A stretch of 52,771 nt of DNA, from contig JBBSWW010000020.1 of NCBI GenBank assembly GCA_038046085.1, forward strand, positions 1-52,771, written 5' to 3'. The notes beneath the pieces were generated by a model that was not told the origin of the DNA, searched no databases, and was given only the letters and a program-made list of their open reading frames with translations. Positions within the stretch are counted from its first letter, which is position 1, and the number at the start of each line of letters is the position of its first letter. The position numbers were made by a program, and so were the translations under genes. Origin of the DNA: Nanobdellota archaeon (GTDB lineage: Archaea; Nanobdellota; Nanobdellia; SCGC-AAA011-G17; GW2011-AR18). This document shows positions 16,656 through 25,815 of the stretch, one piece after another.

Positions 16656-17267
16656 ATGCCTAAACTTTCTAAAGAGGAGATGGATCAGATTCAGGCTTAT
16701 CTTCAGACTTTGCCTGAGAATGAACGTGAAGAAAAACTTAACCAGATCATTGCTACTTATGAGAAATCTCCAGCTCAATGTCCTTTCTGTCTTATGTCTG
16801 AGGGTAAGATTCAAACAACTAAAGTCTATGATGATCCTAATTATATTGCAGTTCTTGAGATTAATCCTGCTAATCCTGGACACACTATTTTATTCCCTAA
16901 ATCTCATATCTCTAGTATTACTAATTTATCTCATGTTGATACTGAAAATCTTTTTAAGATCTCTAAGATATTGTCAACTTCTATTCTCTCATTCTCTGAT
17001 GGTGTCTCTTTGTATGTTGAGGATGGCAAGATCTTAGGTAAGAGATTTGATCATTTTGTCATTAATATTATTCCAAGATTAAAAGATGATGATGTTCATC
17101 TAGTTACTAAGCCTAAACCTTCTACTCCTGATTCTCTTAAAGAGATGCGTGAAAAAATATTAGCTAATCTTCCTAAGGAGAAAAAAGAAGAGCCTAAAAA
17201 AGATGTTGTTGATGATACTCCTTTATTTTCTAAAGAATTTTCTAGGATATCTAAAAGAAGGCCCTGA
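16656..17267 (+). CDS. HIT-superfamily protein with a degenerate histidine triad
   Basis: CPFC...VYDDPNYIAVLEINPANPGHTILFPKSH is typical of HIT proteins. The triad position reads DHFVINIIPR instead of HxHxHxx. Confidence 0.65.
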   Translation: MPKLSKEEMDQIQAYLQTLPENEREEKLNQIIATYEKSPAQCPFCLMSEGKIQTTKVYDDPNYIAVLEINPANPGHTILFPKSHISSITNLSHVDTENLFKISKILSTSILSFSDGVSLYVEDGKILGKRFDHFVINIIPRLKDDDVHLVTKPKPSTPDSLKEMREKILANLPKEKKEEPKKDVVDDTPLFSKEFSRISKRRP

Positions 17268-18276
17268 ATATTGCAAATATGCTTCCGTAGATTATTGTGA
17301 ATAAGAATCCTATTAGGAATCCCGGGACAAATGGTAATCCATCTTTTATTATCACATATTTTATCTTATTATCCCTTAGTCTTTTTATATCATTCTTTGT
17401 TAATCCATAATTCACACTTTTTTCTGTTCTTTTAAGTATGAAACTTAATAGTTGTTTTTTGAATGGTAAATATTTTATTCTTTTAAAGAATTTATTTATT
17501 TTTTTCTTATTATCACTTATTTGATATTCATTCTTATTTTTTATTGAACTGCATATTATCTTGTTTCCTTTTTTTACATCTTCTGCTAACCAGTCTCCTT
17601 CAGTTAATCTGTCTATATTCATTTTTTTGTACATTGAAGATTTCTCTACTGCTTTGAAGAATATGTAAGTTGATGGTAATAATGATAATGTTATTCCTAG
17701 CATTAGTATTAAGAACTTGAATTCATTAGTTATTAGCAAACTTGTTATTATTACTATTATCCCTATGATTATTAAATAAATAAAGGTTTTATGTGCATTT
17801 TCTTTTATGTTTTTAATAAACTCTTTTTTGTTTTTTATTGCTAAATGAGTGCTATAGATTATTCCCCATAATGCTCCAGCAACTAGTATGTTTATTATCA
17901 ATACTATTATGAATGGCAGATCAAATACGGGAGTCAAGTACTTTATTCCTCCATAGTTTCCGAACATTGCTCCCATTCCCATCAATAATTTTGCATCTCC
18001 TCCACCCCATTGTTTTGCATAATACATTACATTAGCAATAATGAAGAATATTCCCAAGCCAATTAATCCATATAATAAATAGCTTCTATCGTTTGTAATT
18101 ATGCTGTAAATAGCTCTTGATCCTAATCCAATAGCAATAAGGCTATAGTTAAGCCAGTTAGGGACTTCTCTTGTTTTTATATCAGTTATTGATGCAAATA
18201 TTAGATATATTAAAGCAACAACTATTAGAAAATACCATATCATATTATTATCTGGAAATGTTAAATTTATAAACAT
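17251..18276 (-). CDS. A24-family prepilin/preflagellin peptidase (PibD/FlaK-like)
   Basis: It is a polytopic membrane protein with the first catalytic Asp in ASITDIKTREVPN and the second in GGGDAKLLMGMG (GxGDxK). Confidence 0.8.
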   Translation of the reverse strand: MFINLTFPDNNMIWYFLIVVALIYLIFASITDIKTREVPNWLNYSLIAIGLGSRAIYSIITNDRSYLLYGLIGLGIFFIIANVMYYAKQWGGGDAKLLMGMGAMFGNYGGIKYLTPVFDLPFIIVLIINILVAGALWGIIYSTHLAIKNKKEFIKNIKENAHKTFIYLIIIGIIVIITSLLITNEFKFLILMLGITLSLLPSTYIFFKAVEKSSMYKKMNIDRLTEGDWLAEDVKKGNKIICSSIKNKNEYQISDNKKKINKFFKRIKYLPFKKQLLSFILKRTEKSVNYGLTKNDIKRLRDNKIKYVIIKDGLPFVPGFLIGFLFTIIYGSIFAIFRAFF

Positions 18277-18295
18277 TCTTAATTATTTTATCTTT

Positions 18296-19390
18296 ATGAT
18301 ATCTATTATTGGTGCAGGTCCTGCTGGAAGTTTTGCTGCTTATAATCTTGCTAGGAAGAATCTTGATGTTGAAGTTTTTGAAGAACATAATAAAGTTGGG
18401 ATTCCTATTCAGTGTAGTGGTGTTATCACTCCTGCTTTAGATTCTTTACTTCCTAAGATCCCTAAGTCTATTCTTGTTAATCAGATTAAGAAAGTTAAAT
18501 TCAATTCTCCTGATGGTAATTCTTTTACTGTAAAGATTCCTGTTGATTATGTTTTTGAAAGATCTAAGCTTGATCAGTATATCTCTTCTTTAGCTGAATC
18601 TGCTGGTGTTAAGTTTCATTTAAACTCTAGATTTGACTCTTTAAAACGTTCTAATAACAAAATTAAGTTTAAGATAAATAGTGCCTACTACGAATCTGAT
18701 TATTTAATTGGTGCTGATGGTCCTTACTCTAAAGTTGGTCAGTCTTCTGGTTTATTAGATATTAATAAGAGAAAGTTCATTACTGGTATGCAAGCTAGAA
18801 CTAAATGTGATATTTTTTCTAAGGATACTGTTGAGATTTTTTTAGGTTATGGTGAGTTTGCTTGGCTTATTCCTGAGAATGATGAATTCGCACGTGTTGG
18901 TTTAGTTTCCGAATCTAATCCTAAAAATGATTTTGATAAACTTATGAAATTAACTAACTCTAAGATTATTTGTTTCCAGAGTGGTATGATCCCTGTTTAT
19001 GATAGAACTCTTAAAACACAAGATAAGAATATCTATCTGATTGGTGATGCTGCTGGTATGGTTAAAGCTAGTTCTCATGGTGGAATTTTTTATAGTATGT
19101 CTGCTTCTAAATATTTAGTAGATTCTATAATTAATAATAAAAATTATGATTCTTTATGGAAGAAGAATTTAGGTTTTGATTTATGGTTGCATTTGCAGAT
19201 TAGGAATACTTTAAAGAAATTTTCAGTTAAGGATTATAATGATTTAGTTGATTATTTCTCTCAGGATAAATTGAAGAACATATTATCAAAAAATGTTAGA
19301 GAATATCCCTCTAAATTTGTCTCTAAGATGTTATTGAAAGAACCTAGACTATTGAAGTTTGGTTTTAAGTTATTAGAATATTCTAAATAG
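18296..19390 (+). CDS. geranylgeranyl reductase-family FAD-dependent oxidoreductase
   Basis: It has the N-terminal dinucleotide-binding motif IIGAGPAGSFAAYNLA, plus LIGADG and GDAAG motifs. Its length is typical of archaeal GGR. Confidence 0.8.
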   Translation: MISIIGAGPAGSFAAYNLARKNLDVEVFEEHNKVGIPIQCSGVITPALDSLLPKIPKSILVNQIKKVKFNSPDGNSFTVKIPVDYVFERSKLDQYISSLAESAGVKFHLNSRFDSLKRSNNKIKFKINSAYYESDYLIGADGPYSKVGQSSGLLDINKRKFITGMQARTKCDIFSKDTVEIFLGYGEFAWLIPENDEFARVGLVSESNPKNDFDKLMKLTNSKIICFQSGMIPVYDRTLKTQDKNIYLIGDAAGMVKASSHGGIFYSMSASKYLVDSIINNKNYDSLWKKNLGFDLWLHLQIRNTLKKFSVKDYNDLVDYFSQDKLKNILSKNVREYPSKFVSKMLLKEPRLLKFGFKLLEYSK

Positions 19391-19416
19391 TGTTGATTTT
19401 TTCTTCTATAAAAACA

Positions 19417-19424
19417 TTTAAATA
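19417..19424 (+). promoter_or_regulatory. TATA-box-like element for the 19447 surface-protein cluster
   Basis: TTTAAATA ends 22 nt upstream of the ATG at 19447. Confidence 0.35.
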
Positions 19425-19446
19425 TTAATATACTACTTTTTCTTAT

Positions 19447-20628
19447 ATGTTTAAATCTAAAAGAGCTGCTGGTGATGGTGGTAATGTTGCTATTCTTATA
19501 ATTCTTATTGCTTTGTTCATGGTTTTATATTTATTATTTGTCCCTCCTGAAGTAAGAGATGATTTATTAGGAGAAAGTAGTTCTAATTCTGGTTCATCAA
19601 GTTCAAGTTCTGAGAGAGCAGAATTATTGGCAGAATCTCCTGGAATTTTATATCCTACTAAGACACAGATTGGTGTTCATGATATTGCTAACATGAATCT
19701 TTTTCTTAAGACTCAGCCAAAAGTTACTGATTTAGCTCAAAATTTAATTATTAAAAATTCTCTTTTCTCAGGATCATCTCCAAGGATAAGGTTCTCAGTT
19801 TCTTCATTATCAGATACAATCAAGGCTAATATTTTCTTCAATGTTGCAAGGTTTGATGGTGAATTAAGGATTAAAGTTAATGGCAACACAATATACACTG
19901 AAGAGATTACATCTTCTGGTATTAAGATTGTTGAGATTCCTAAATCTTATCTTCAGAATAATAATGAAATAGAGTTTAGTGTATCTTCAGGTTTCTTCTC
20001 ATCTAATGTTTATGCTCTTGAAAATATTGGTGTTAAACAGGAGTTCCAGTTCAAGAATTCAGAAGAATTGAGGACTTTTGTTTTATCAGAATCTGAAAGG
20101 AAGAATTTAGAATCAGCAACTATAAGTTACAGACAATATTGTAACGAACCTTTAGAGAATAGTCTGACAAGGTTTGAGATTTTCTTGAATCATAAATCTG
20201 CTTTTGAAAAAAAGGTTTCTTGTTTAAATATTGATGAATCTGCTAATATTGATCCAAAATTATTTGTTGAAGGTTCTAATACATTATCATTTAATGTTGA
20301 TGATGGTAGTTTTATTTTTTCAGATATTGAGTTGAGGACTAAATCTAAAGAAGCTGATTTCCCTTCTTACAGTTTCACTGTCTCTCCAGAGACTTATGAT
20401 AAGATAAAGAATAATGAATTAAAACTGAATTTGCAGTTCTTATTGGAGAATAATCAGTTCAACAAGAATGCTAGATTAGAGATTAATAATAATGAATATC
20501 TTATGAGGACTGATACTAATGAGTTCACTCTTGACTTAAAAGAATATATTATTCAGGGAACTAATTTCTTGAAGATAATTCCTTCTAACACTTTCAATCT
20601 TGTTGCTCTGAAAGTTGTTTTGGAGTAA
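19447..20628 (+). CDS. N-terminally anchored or secreted protein with a poly-Ser linker, function unknown
   Basis: The N-terminus is MFKSKRAAGDGGNVAILIILIALFMVLYLLFV (a TM or class III-like signal), followed by SSSNSGSSSSSS and a beta-rich region. Confidence 0.5.
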   Translation: MFKSKRAAGDGGNVAILIILIALFMVLYLLFVPPEVRDDLLGESSSNSGSSSSSSERAELLAESPGILYPTKTQIGVHDIANMNLFLKTQPKVTDLAQNLIIKNSLFSGSSPRIRFSVSSLSDTIKANIFFNVARFDGELRIKVNGNTIYTEEITSSGIKIVEIPKSYLQNNNEIEFSVSSGFFSSNVYALENIGVKQEFQFKNSEELRTFVLSESERKNLESATISYRQYCNEPLENSLTRFEIFLNHKSAFEKKVSCLNIDESANIDPKLFVEGSNTLSFNVDDGSFIFSDIELRTKSKEADFPSYSFTVSPETYDKIKNNELKLNLQFLLENNQFNKNARLEINNNEYLMRTDTNEFTLDLKEYIIQGTNFLKIIPSNTFNLVALKVVLE

Positions 20629-20631
20629 ATT

Positions 20632-21978
20632 ATGGTTTCTTCTAATAATGATAGAAGTTCTGGACCTAATAATAGAAACCCAGTATCTGTTGCTCTAAGT
20701 CCTTTTGGTTGGTTATTCACATTATTAAAATGGTTATTCTATATTGGTATTCTTGCTCTTGTTATATTCCTTGTTTATGGAGGATTATTTAGGCTTACTC
20801 AAAGTGGTGAAGGATCATCTCAGATCAAACATGCTACTGTAGCAGGTGAAGAACCTTTATCTAAGTTCGGTGCATTTATACAGGGTATTCCTGTTGCAAA
20901 AGATGCTTATAACTTTTATTTTTCCCCTCAGTCTACATCTGTGAGTTTTGAATCTGAAGTACAGTCAAGTTCTAGTAAAAAATTAGGTGTCTATATCTCT
21001 GATTTTAAGGATATTAAAAGAGTGAATAATCCTGGTGATGATATTGAAGTTACAGGAACTATCAAAGCTTCTAGTCTTGAAGATGAAATAAAGTTGAAAG
21101 TTTTCTGTTCTATGGAAGATTATAATAATGAAGAACTGATGCCTGCTGAGATTATTGGTGCTGGTGCTGATAATGAAGTTTCTGTTTTCAAGAATGAAGA
21201 GACAAGTATTAACTTCAATTGTCTTTTCCCTGGAGGTATTCAGAAGGATACTATGAAGACTCCTAAAGTCACTAAATTTGTTAAGGTTGCTGTAACTTAT
21301 GAATTTGGTTCTAGGGCAACTCAGAAAGTTTATTTCCTTCCTAATAATATATTGACATCTTTGGATAGGAATAATGTTGATCCTTTCAAGCAGTATTCTA
21401 TTAATGATCCTTTGGTGAATAATCGTGAAGTTAAAGCAGTCTCTACTCCAGGTCCTTTGAATTTAGGAGTTAATGTTGGTCGTCAGCCTTTGACTGTTAA
21501 TTCAAATCCTTATCAATTATTTGTCCAGTTATCTAGTAATCCTACTTTTAGTGGTAATCTTCAGAAATTAGATAGTATTCAATTACAAGTTCCTGATATC
21601 CAGAATGTTGTTAGTATTGCATTCCAGGGAGAGAATGGTTTCAAAGGCAAAGCATCTCAGTGTGATTTCGAATATTTAGGTCCAGGAGATAATGGTTTCA
21701 AATTATATCAGTTGACTGATGCTGCTCTTGCTCGTGTCAATCGTGACTGCAATTCTAAATCTTTGAAGGATTTTGCTATTTCAGAATCTCAATGTATAAG
21801 TCTTTTCAAATCAACTCCATTATTTGGTTGTAAATTTAGTGTTTTATCTGTTCCAGAATCTGGTCTGCAGTTTGATACTTTCAGATTGACTTCTAAATAT
21901 GTCTACAAAGTTGATAAGAGAACTACTGTTGACTTGTATAAACTTCCTGATTTTGAAGAACCTGTTGCTAACGCTTAA
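20632..21978 (+). CDS. N-terminally TM-anchored Cys-rich extracellular protein (family shared with 22164 and 23075)
   Basis: It has a TM helix (FYIGILALVIFLVYGGLF). The VAVTYEFGSRATQKV and STPGPLNLGVNVGRQP blocks align with blocks in the two downstream lipoproteins. A 3-nt gap separates it from the upstream gene. Confidence 0.5.
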   Translation: MVSSNNDRSSGPNNRNPVSVALSPFGWLFTLLKWLFYIGILALVIFLVYGGLFRLTQSGEGSSQIKHATVAGEEPLSKFGAFIQGIPVAKDAYNFYFSPQSTSVSFESEVQSSSSKKLGVYISDFKDIKRVNNPGDDIEVTGTIKASSLEDEIKLKVFCSMEDYNNEELMPAEIIGAGADNEVSVFKNEETSINFNCLFPGGIQKDTMKTPKVTKFVKVAVTYEFGSRATQKVYFLPNNILTSLDRNNVDPFKQYSINDPLVNNREVKAVSTPGPLNLGVNVGRQPLTVNSNPYQLFVQLSSNPTFSGNLQKLDSIQLQVPDIQNVVSIAFQGENGFKGKASQCDFEYLGPGDNGFKLYQLTDAALARVNRDCNSKSLKDFAISESQCISLFKSTPLFGCKFSVLSVPESGLQFDTFRLTSKYVYKVDKRTTVDLYKLPDFEEPVANA

Positions 21979-22163
21979 CTGCCGCGCAAAATGAATAACA
22001 TGTTTTTGAGAATTGAATTTTATATTCGCTGTTAATAAGTGCGCAAAAACAAAGATTAAAATATGCGCACAACGAATTCCTAAAAAATCTTGAAAAGATA
22101 ATAAATAAATAATGAACTTGATTTAAGAAAAGTTTTTATAACACTTATATAATATATTCAATA

Positions 22164-23078
22164 ATGAAATTTAAAAATTTGGTGATTATATTAGTTTTAT
22201 CAGTTGTTTTGATATCATGTGCTGGTTCAGGAAGTTCAGGTGGTTCTGCTCGTGGTGTTAATATTAAGTTTGTTGAATTGCCTCCTAAAGAATTAGCTGA
22301 GGGTGAGGAATTCTCTACAACTATTCAAATATCTAATGCTGTTGTTAATGCTAATGGTCTTAATGGTGAATTATGTCTGAGAGATACTATCACTGATACT
22401 TATGGTGGTGTCTCTGATAATTCTTGTTTTCCTGTAAATCTTCCTTCAGCTTCACAGAGCGATAAAAGTATTAGTCCTTCTATTGATGAATATACTTTCA
22501 CTTCAAAGCCTTACTCTAATCTTGATCCTAGTATTACTAATGATGTTTCTATTATTGCAGATTTTAGATATTCAGTTGATACTACTGCTGGTGGTGTTGT
22601 ATGTGTAAAGAAACCAGGAGCTAACTCTCCTATTATTCCTTCTAATTGTGGTACTGAACAATCATTATCTGTACAACAACCTGATATGCCTCTTAGAGTT
22701 TCTAAGATATTAGTCAGACCAACAAGGATTAATGCAGGTTCTGTTAAACTAAATACTGAGATTACTTTATCTAAGTCTATTGCAGGTGAATTATTATCAA
22801 AACAAGATTCTTTTGAAAGATCTAGCATGGCATCTGCTGATATTGATTTCAATGTAGAGATTAATGGTTATTCAGCATCATGTGGTGGTATTAGTTCTGG
22901 CGGCAAATTAAATATTAGGACTAATGAAAACGAAAAGGTTATTAAGTGTTCAACTCTAGTAACTTTAAACCAAGATTGGCTTGATGTTCCTGTAAAAATA
23001 AGTATGGGATACGGTTATAGGCAGTCTGTTGTTGGTGAAAAAATAAAGCTCATAAGTAACGAGGTGTTAAGCGCATGA
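22164..23078 (+). CDS. putative lipoprotein, Cys-rich, unknown family
   Basis: It has a signal peptide with a lipobox-like LISC followed by a Gly/Ser linker. ADFRYSVDTTAGGVVCVKK...SNCG...MPLRVSKILVRP aligns with the protein at 23075. Confidence 0.5.
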   Translation: MKFKNLVIILVLSVVLISCAGSGSSGGSARGVNIKFVELPPKELAEGEEFSTTIQISNAVVNANGLNGELCLRDTITDTYGGVSDNSCFPVNLPSASQSDKSISPSIDEYTFTSKPYSNLDPSITNDVSIIADFRYSVDTTAGGVVCVKKPGANSPIIPSNCGTEQSLSVQQPDMPLRVSKILVRPTRINAGSVKLNTEITLSKSIAGELLSKQDSFERSSMASADIDFNVEINGYSASCGGISSGGKLNIRTNENEKVIKCSTLVTLNQDWLDVPVKISMGYGYRQSVVGEKIKLISNEVLSA

Positions 23079-24016
23079 AAAAAATATTATTCATATTATT
23101 GATTTCTTTATTATTGATTACTGCATGTACTACAGGAACTAAAAAAACTCCCACATCTGGTTTTGTCGGCGGTAAAGAGGGTATTGTTTCCAAGATAACT
23201 GTTGAATCTTCAAGTGCTAATAATCAGGTTTTAGATGATAATAAAGAGACTTTCAATATTAATATTAATTTAGAAAATAAAGGTGAGTATACTGTAAAAG
23301 AGGGTGAATCTATGGTTACTCTTGATGGTATTAACTATAATGCTTTTCAGATTCCTAATCCTACTAAATTAAATGAAGTTCCTTTGGAAAAATTAAGGAA
23401 AGAAGCTGATAAAGTTTCAACTGCTTCACAGACTATTATCCAATATGATGCTCGTTATCTTCCTAATGAGGATGCAGATAGAACCTTAGATTTAGCTGCT
23501 AATGTTTGTTACAAGTATGAGACTATTGCTAGAGTTAAAGATTTATGTTTAAGAAAACAGGTCACAGGTATTCCTTCAACTATATGTAAAGTTGATGAAG
23601 CTAAAGTCTCTGAGAATTCAGGAGCTCCTTTGCAAGTTACAACTTTCGTTCAAAGACCTGCAGGTGAAAATAAAGTTTCAGTTTATATTGAAGCTGTGAA
23701 TAATGGTAAAGGAGTATTATACACTAAAGATTATTTATCTAATGGTAAATGTGTTGATAATGATAAAGATAAAAACAAAGTTTACGCTAAAGTTGAATTG
23801 ACTGAATTCCAGAACAGTGTTAATGTTGTTAAATGCAGTTCAATGACTAATAATGAAGGACAATTGAATGTTATCCAGAATAAAGTCTCATTATCATGTA
23901 CTATTGATACATCAGGAATGCAGGATAACGCTTTCGAGACTCCTTTGAGAGTTACATTTGATTATGTCTACAAAGATGGAATTACAACTCAGTTGAAGAT
24001 TAAGAGCGTTGTTTAA
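23075..24016 (+). CDS. putative lipoprotein, Cys-rich, paralogue of 22164..23078
   Basis: It has a signal peptide with lipobox ITAC and the block ANVCYKYETIARVKDLCLRK...TICK...APLQVTTFVQRP. An ATGA overlap joins it to the upstream gene. Confidence 0.5.
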   Translation: MKKILFILLISLLLITACTTGTKKTPTSGFVGGKEGIVSKITVESSSANNQVLDDNKETFNININLENKGEYTVKEGESMVTLDGINYNAFQIPNPTKLNEVPLEKLRKEADKVSTASQTIIQYDARYLPNEDADRTLDLAANVCYKYETIARVKDLCLRKQVTGIPSTICKVDEAKVSENSGAPLQVTTFVQRPAGENKVSVYIEAVNNGKGVLYTKDYLSNGKCVDNDKDKNKVYAKVELTEFQNSVNVVKCSSMTNNEGQLNVIQNKVSLSCTIDTSGMQDNAFETPLRVTFDYVYKDGITTQLKIKSVV

Positions 24017-24279
24017 TTTAAATCTTTTATTTCTTCAATTATCTTATTTAATCTTTCTTTAAACTTCATTAGAAATATTACATTAACAATAATAAAAAAT
24101 GATGATATGACGCTTAAAATACTAAAATCTTTTAAACTTGTATAATCTACTTGTTTTGTTATTAAGGATATCATTACTCCAACTATATAAGTTGAAATTA
24201 TTATTATGACTGTATTATAATACTGTAGGTTTTTATTATACTCTAAATCAAGTATATTCTTTTTTATATTAATGTTCAT
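24013..24279 (-). CDS. 88-aa membrane protein (module copy B, gene 2)
   Basis: The sequence MNINIKKNILDLEYNKNL...KIIEEIKDLN is a paralogue of 16357..16620. Confidence 0.45.
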   Translation of the reverse strand: MNINIKKNILDLEYNKNLQYYNTVIIIISTYIVGVMISLITKQVDYTSLKDFSILSVISSFFIIVNVIFLMKFKERLNKIIEEIKDLN

Positions 24280-24452
24280 TATTCATCACCAATAGAGTAA
24301 GCTATGATTATCATGCCACCTATAATAAATATTGTTGAGAACACAGCCACCCAATATATTTCTTTGATGAATGAAGGGACAGCGAATGTAATACCTAATA
24401 TTGAGGACATTATTCCAGCAGCCAATAATATATTTTTTGCAGATCTTTTCAT
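24279..24452 (-). CDS. 57-aa two-TM membrane protein (module copy B, gene 1)
   Basis: This ORF is below the track cutoff: MKRSAKNILLAAGIMSSILGITFAVPSFIKEIYWVAVFSTIFIIGGMIIIAYSIGDE. Its TAA overlaps the downstream ATG by 1 nt. Length and architecture match 16184..16357. Confidence 0.4.
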   Translation of the reverse strand: MKRSAKNILLAAGIMSSILGITFAVPSFIKEIYWVAVFSTIFIIGGMIIIAYSIGDE

Positions 24453-24582
24453 ATTTTATATTATAATATAGAACTTTATTAATCTTGCTACAAATTTTCT
24501 GTCAATTTTTCAGTTTTTATGAAATTTGAAATTGCTAATATAATGACATAATTATTATAAATCAATAGATACTAACTATTTC

Positions 24583-25815
24583 ATGAAACTTATAGCAGAC
24601 CTACATATTCATGGTCCTTATGCTAATGCCTGTTCTAAGAATACTACTTTAAAACTTTTAGAACAGAATTCTAAGATTAAAGGTTTGGATATTATTGGTA
24701 CAGGTGATGCACTTCATCCTAGATGGTTTAGTTCTATTAAATCTGAATTAACAGAAGATGATAATGGTGTTCTTTGGTCTAAAAACAAATTTCCTTTTTT
24801 ATGGACTTCTGAAATTTCTTTGATGTATTCTCATAATAATAAAGGTCGTAGGATCCATCATGTTTTATTATTTCCAAATAAAGATGTTGTTCAACAAGTT
24901 ACTGATTTAATGCTTACTCGTGGAAGATTGGATTATGATGGTAGACCTATTTTTGGTATTAATAGTATTGAGTTTGTTGATATGATGCGTTCTGTCTCTC
25001 ATGATATTGAAATTATTCCAGCTCATGCTTGGACGAGTTTTTTTGGAATTTTAGGTTCTAAATCTGGTTTTGATTCTGTTGAGGAATGTTTTGAAGACAG
25101 AAGTAAATATATTCATGCAATTGAAACAGGAATTAGTTCAGACCCTTATATGAACCGTAAAATCTCAAGTCTTGACAAATACAATCTAGTGTCATTTTCA
25201 GATCCTCATTCTTCTCATCCATCTCGTTTGGGTAGAGAAGCTACTATTTTTGATTGTGATTTAAAATACAAATCAATTCTTAATTCCATTAGGACTGGTG
25301 AAGGTTTGAGTGGTACTATAGAATGTAATCCAGAATATGGTAAATATCATATTGATGGTCATAGGAATTGCAATACTCTCATGAATTTTGAAGATAGCAA
25401 AAAATTAAATAAAATATGCCCTGTTTGTAAGAAAGAATTAACTATTGGTGTTGAATATAGGATAGAAGAATTGGCTGATCGTAAAGAACCTAAAAATGTT
25501 CCACATTATCTAAAGATTTTACCATTGCATGAATTAATCTCTTCAGTTTATGGTGTTAAACAGTTCACTTCTAAAAAAGTTATTGATTTATACAGTATGT
25601 TGATTAAGAATTTTAATACTGAATACAATATATTATTAGATGTTCCTGAAGAAAAATTAAAGACTGTTGTTGATCCTAAGTTAGTTAATGTCATAATGCT
25701 TAATCGTAATAATAAATTAAATATTAATCCTGGTTATGATGGTGTTTATGGTGAGATTGTTTTAAATGATAATGAAAAAGTTTCAAAGAAAAATAAATCT
25801 TTGGGTGAGTTTTAA
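24583..25815 (+). CDS. endoQ: endonuclease Q (PHP-domain, Zn-finger DNA repair endonuclease)
   Basis: ADLHIHGPY, GLDIIGTGDALHPRW, RRIHHVLLFP, IIPAHAW, SDPHS..PSRLGRE, GKYH, CPVCKKELTIGV and PGYDGVYGEI are collinear with the blocks of Pyrococcus EndoQ. Confidence 0.85.
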   Translation: MKLIADLHIHGPYANACSKNTTLKLLEQNSKIKGLDIIGTGDALHPRWFSSIKSELTEDDNGVLWSKNKFPFLWTSEISLMYSHNNKGRRIHHVLLFPNKDVVQQVTDLMLTRGRLDYDGRPIFGINSIEFVDMMRSVSHDIEIIPAHAWTSFFGILGSKSGFDSVEECFEDRSKYIHAIETGISSDPYMNRKISSLDKYNLVSFSDPHSSHPSRLGREATIFDCDLKYKSILNSIRTGEGLSGTIECNPEYGKYHIDGHRNCNTLMNFEDSKKLNKICPVCKKELTIGVEYRIEELADRKEPKNVPHYLKILPLHELISSVYGVKQFTSKKVIDLYSMLIKNFNTEYNILLDVPEEKLKTVVDPKLVNVIMLNRNNKLNINPGYDGVYGEIVLNDNEKVSKKNKSLGEF

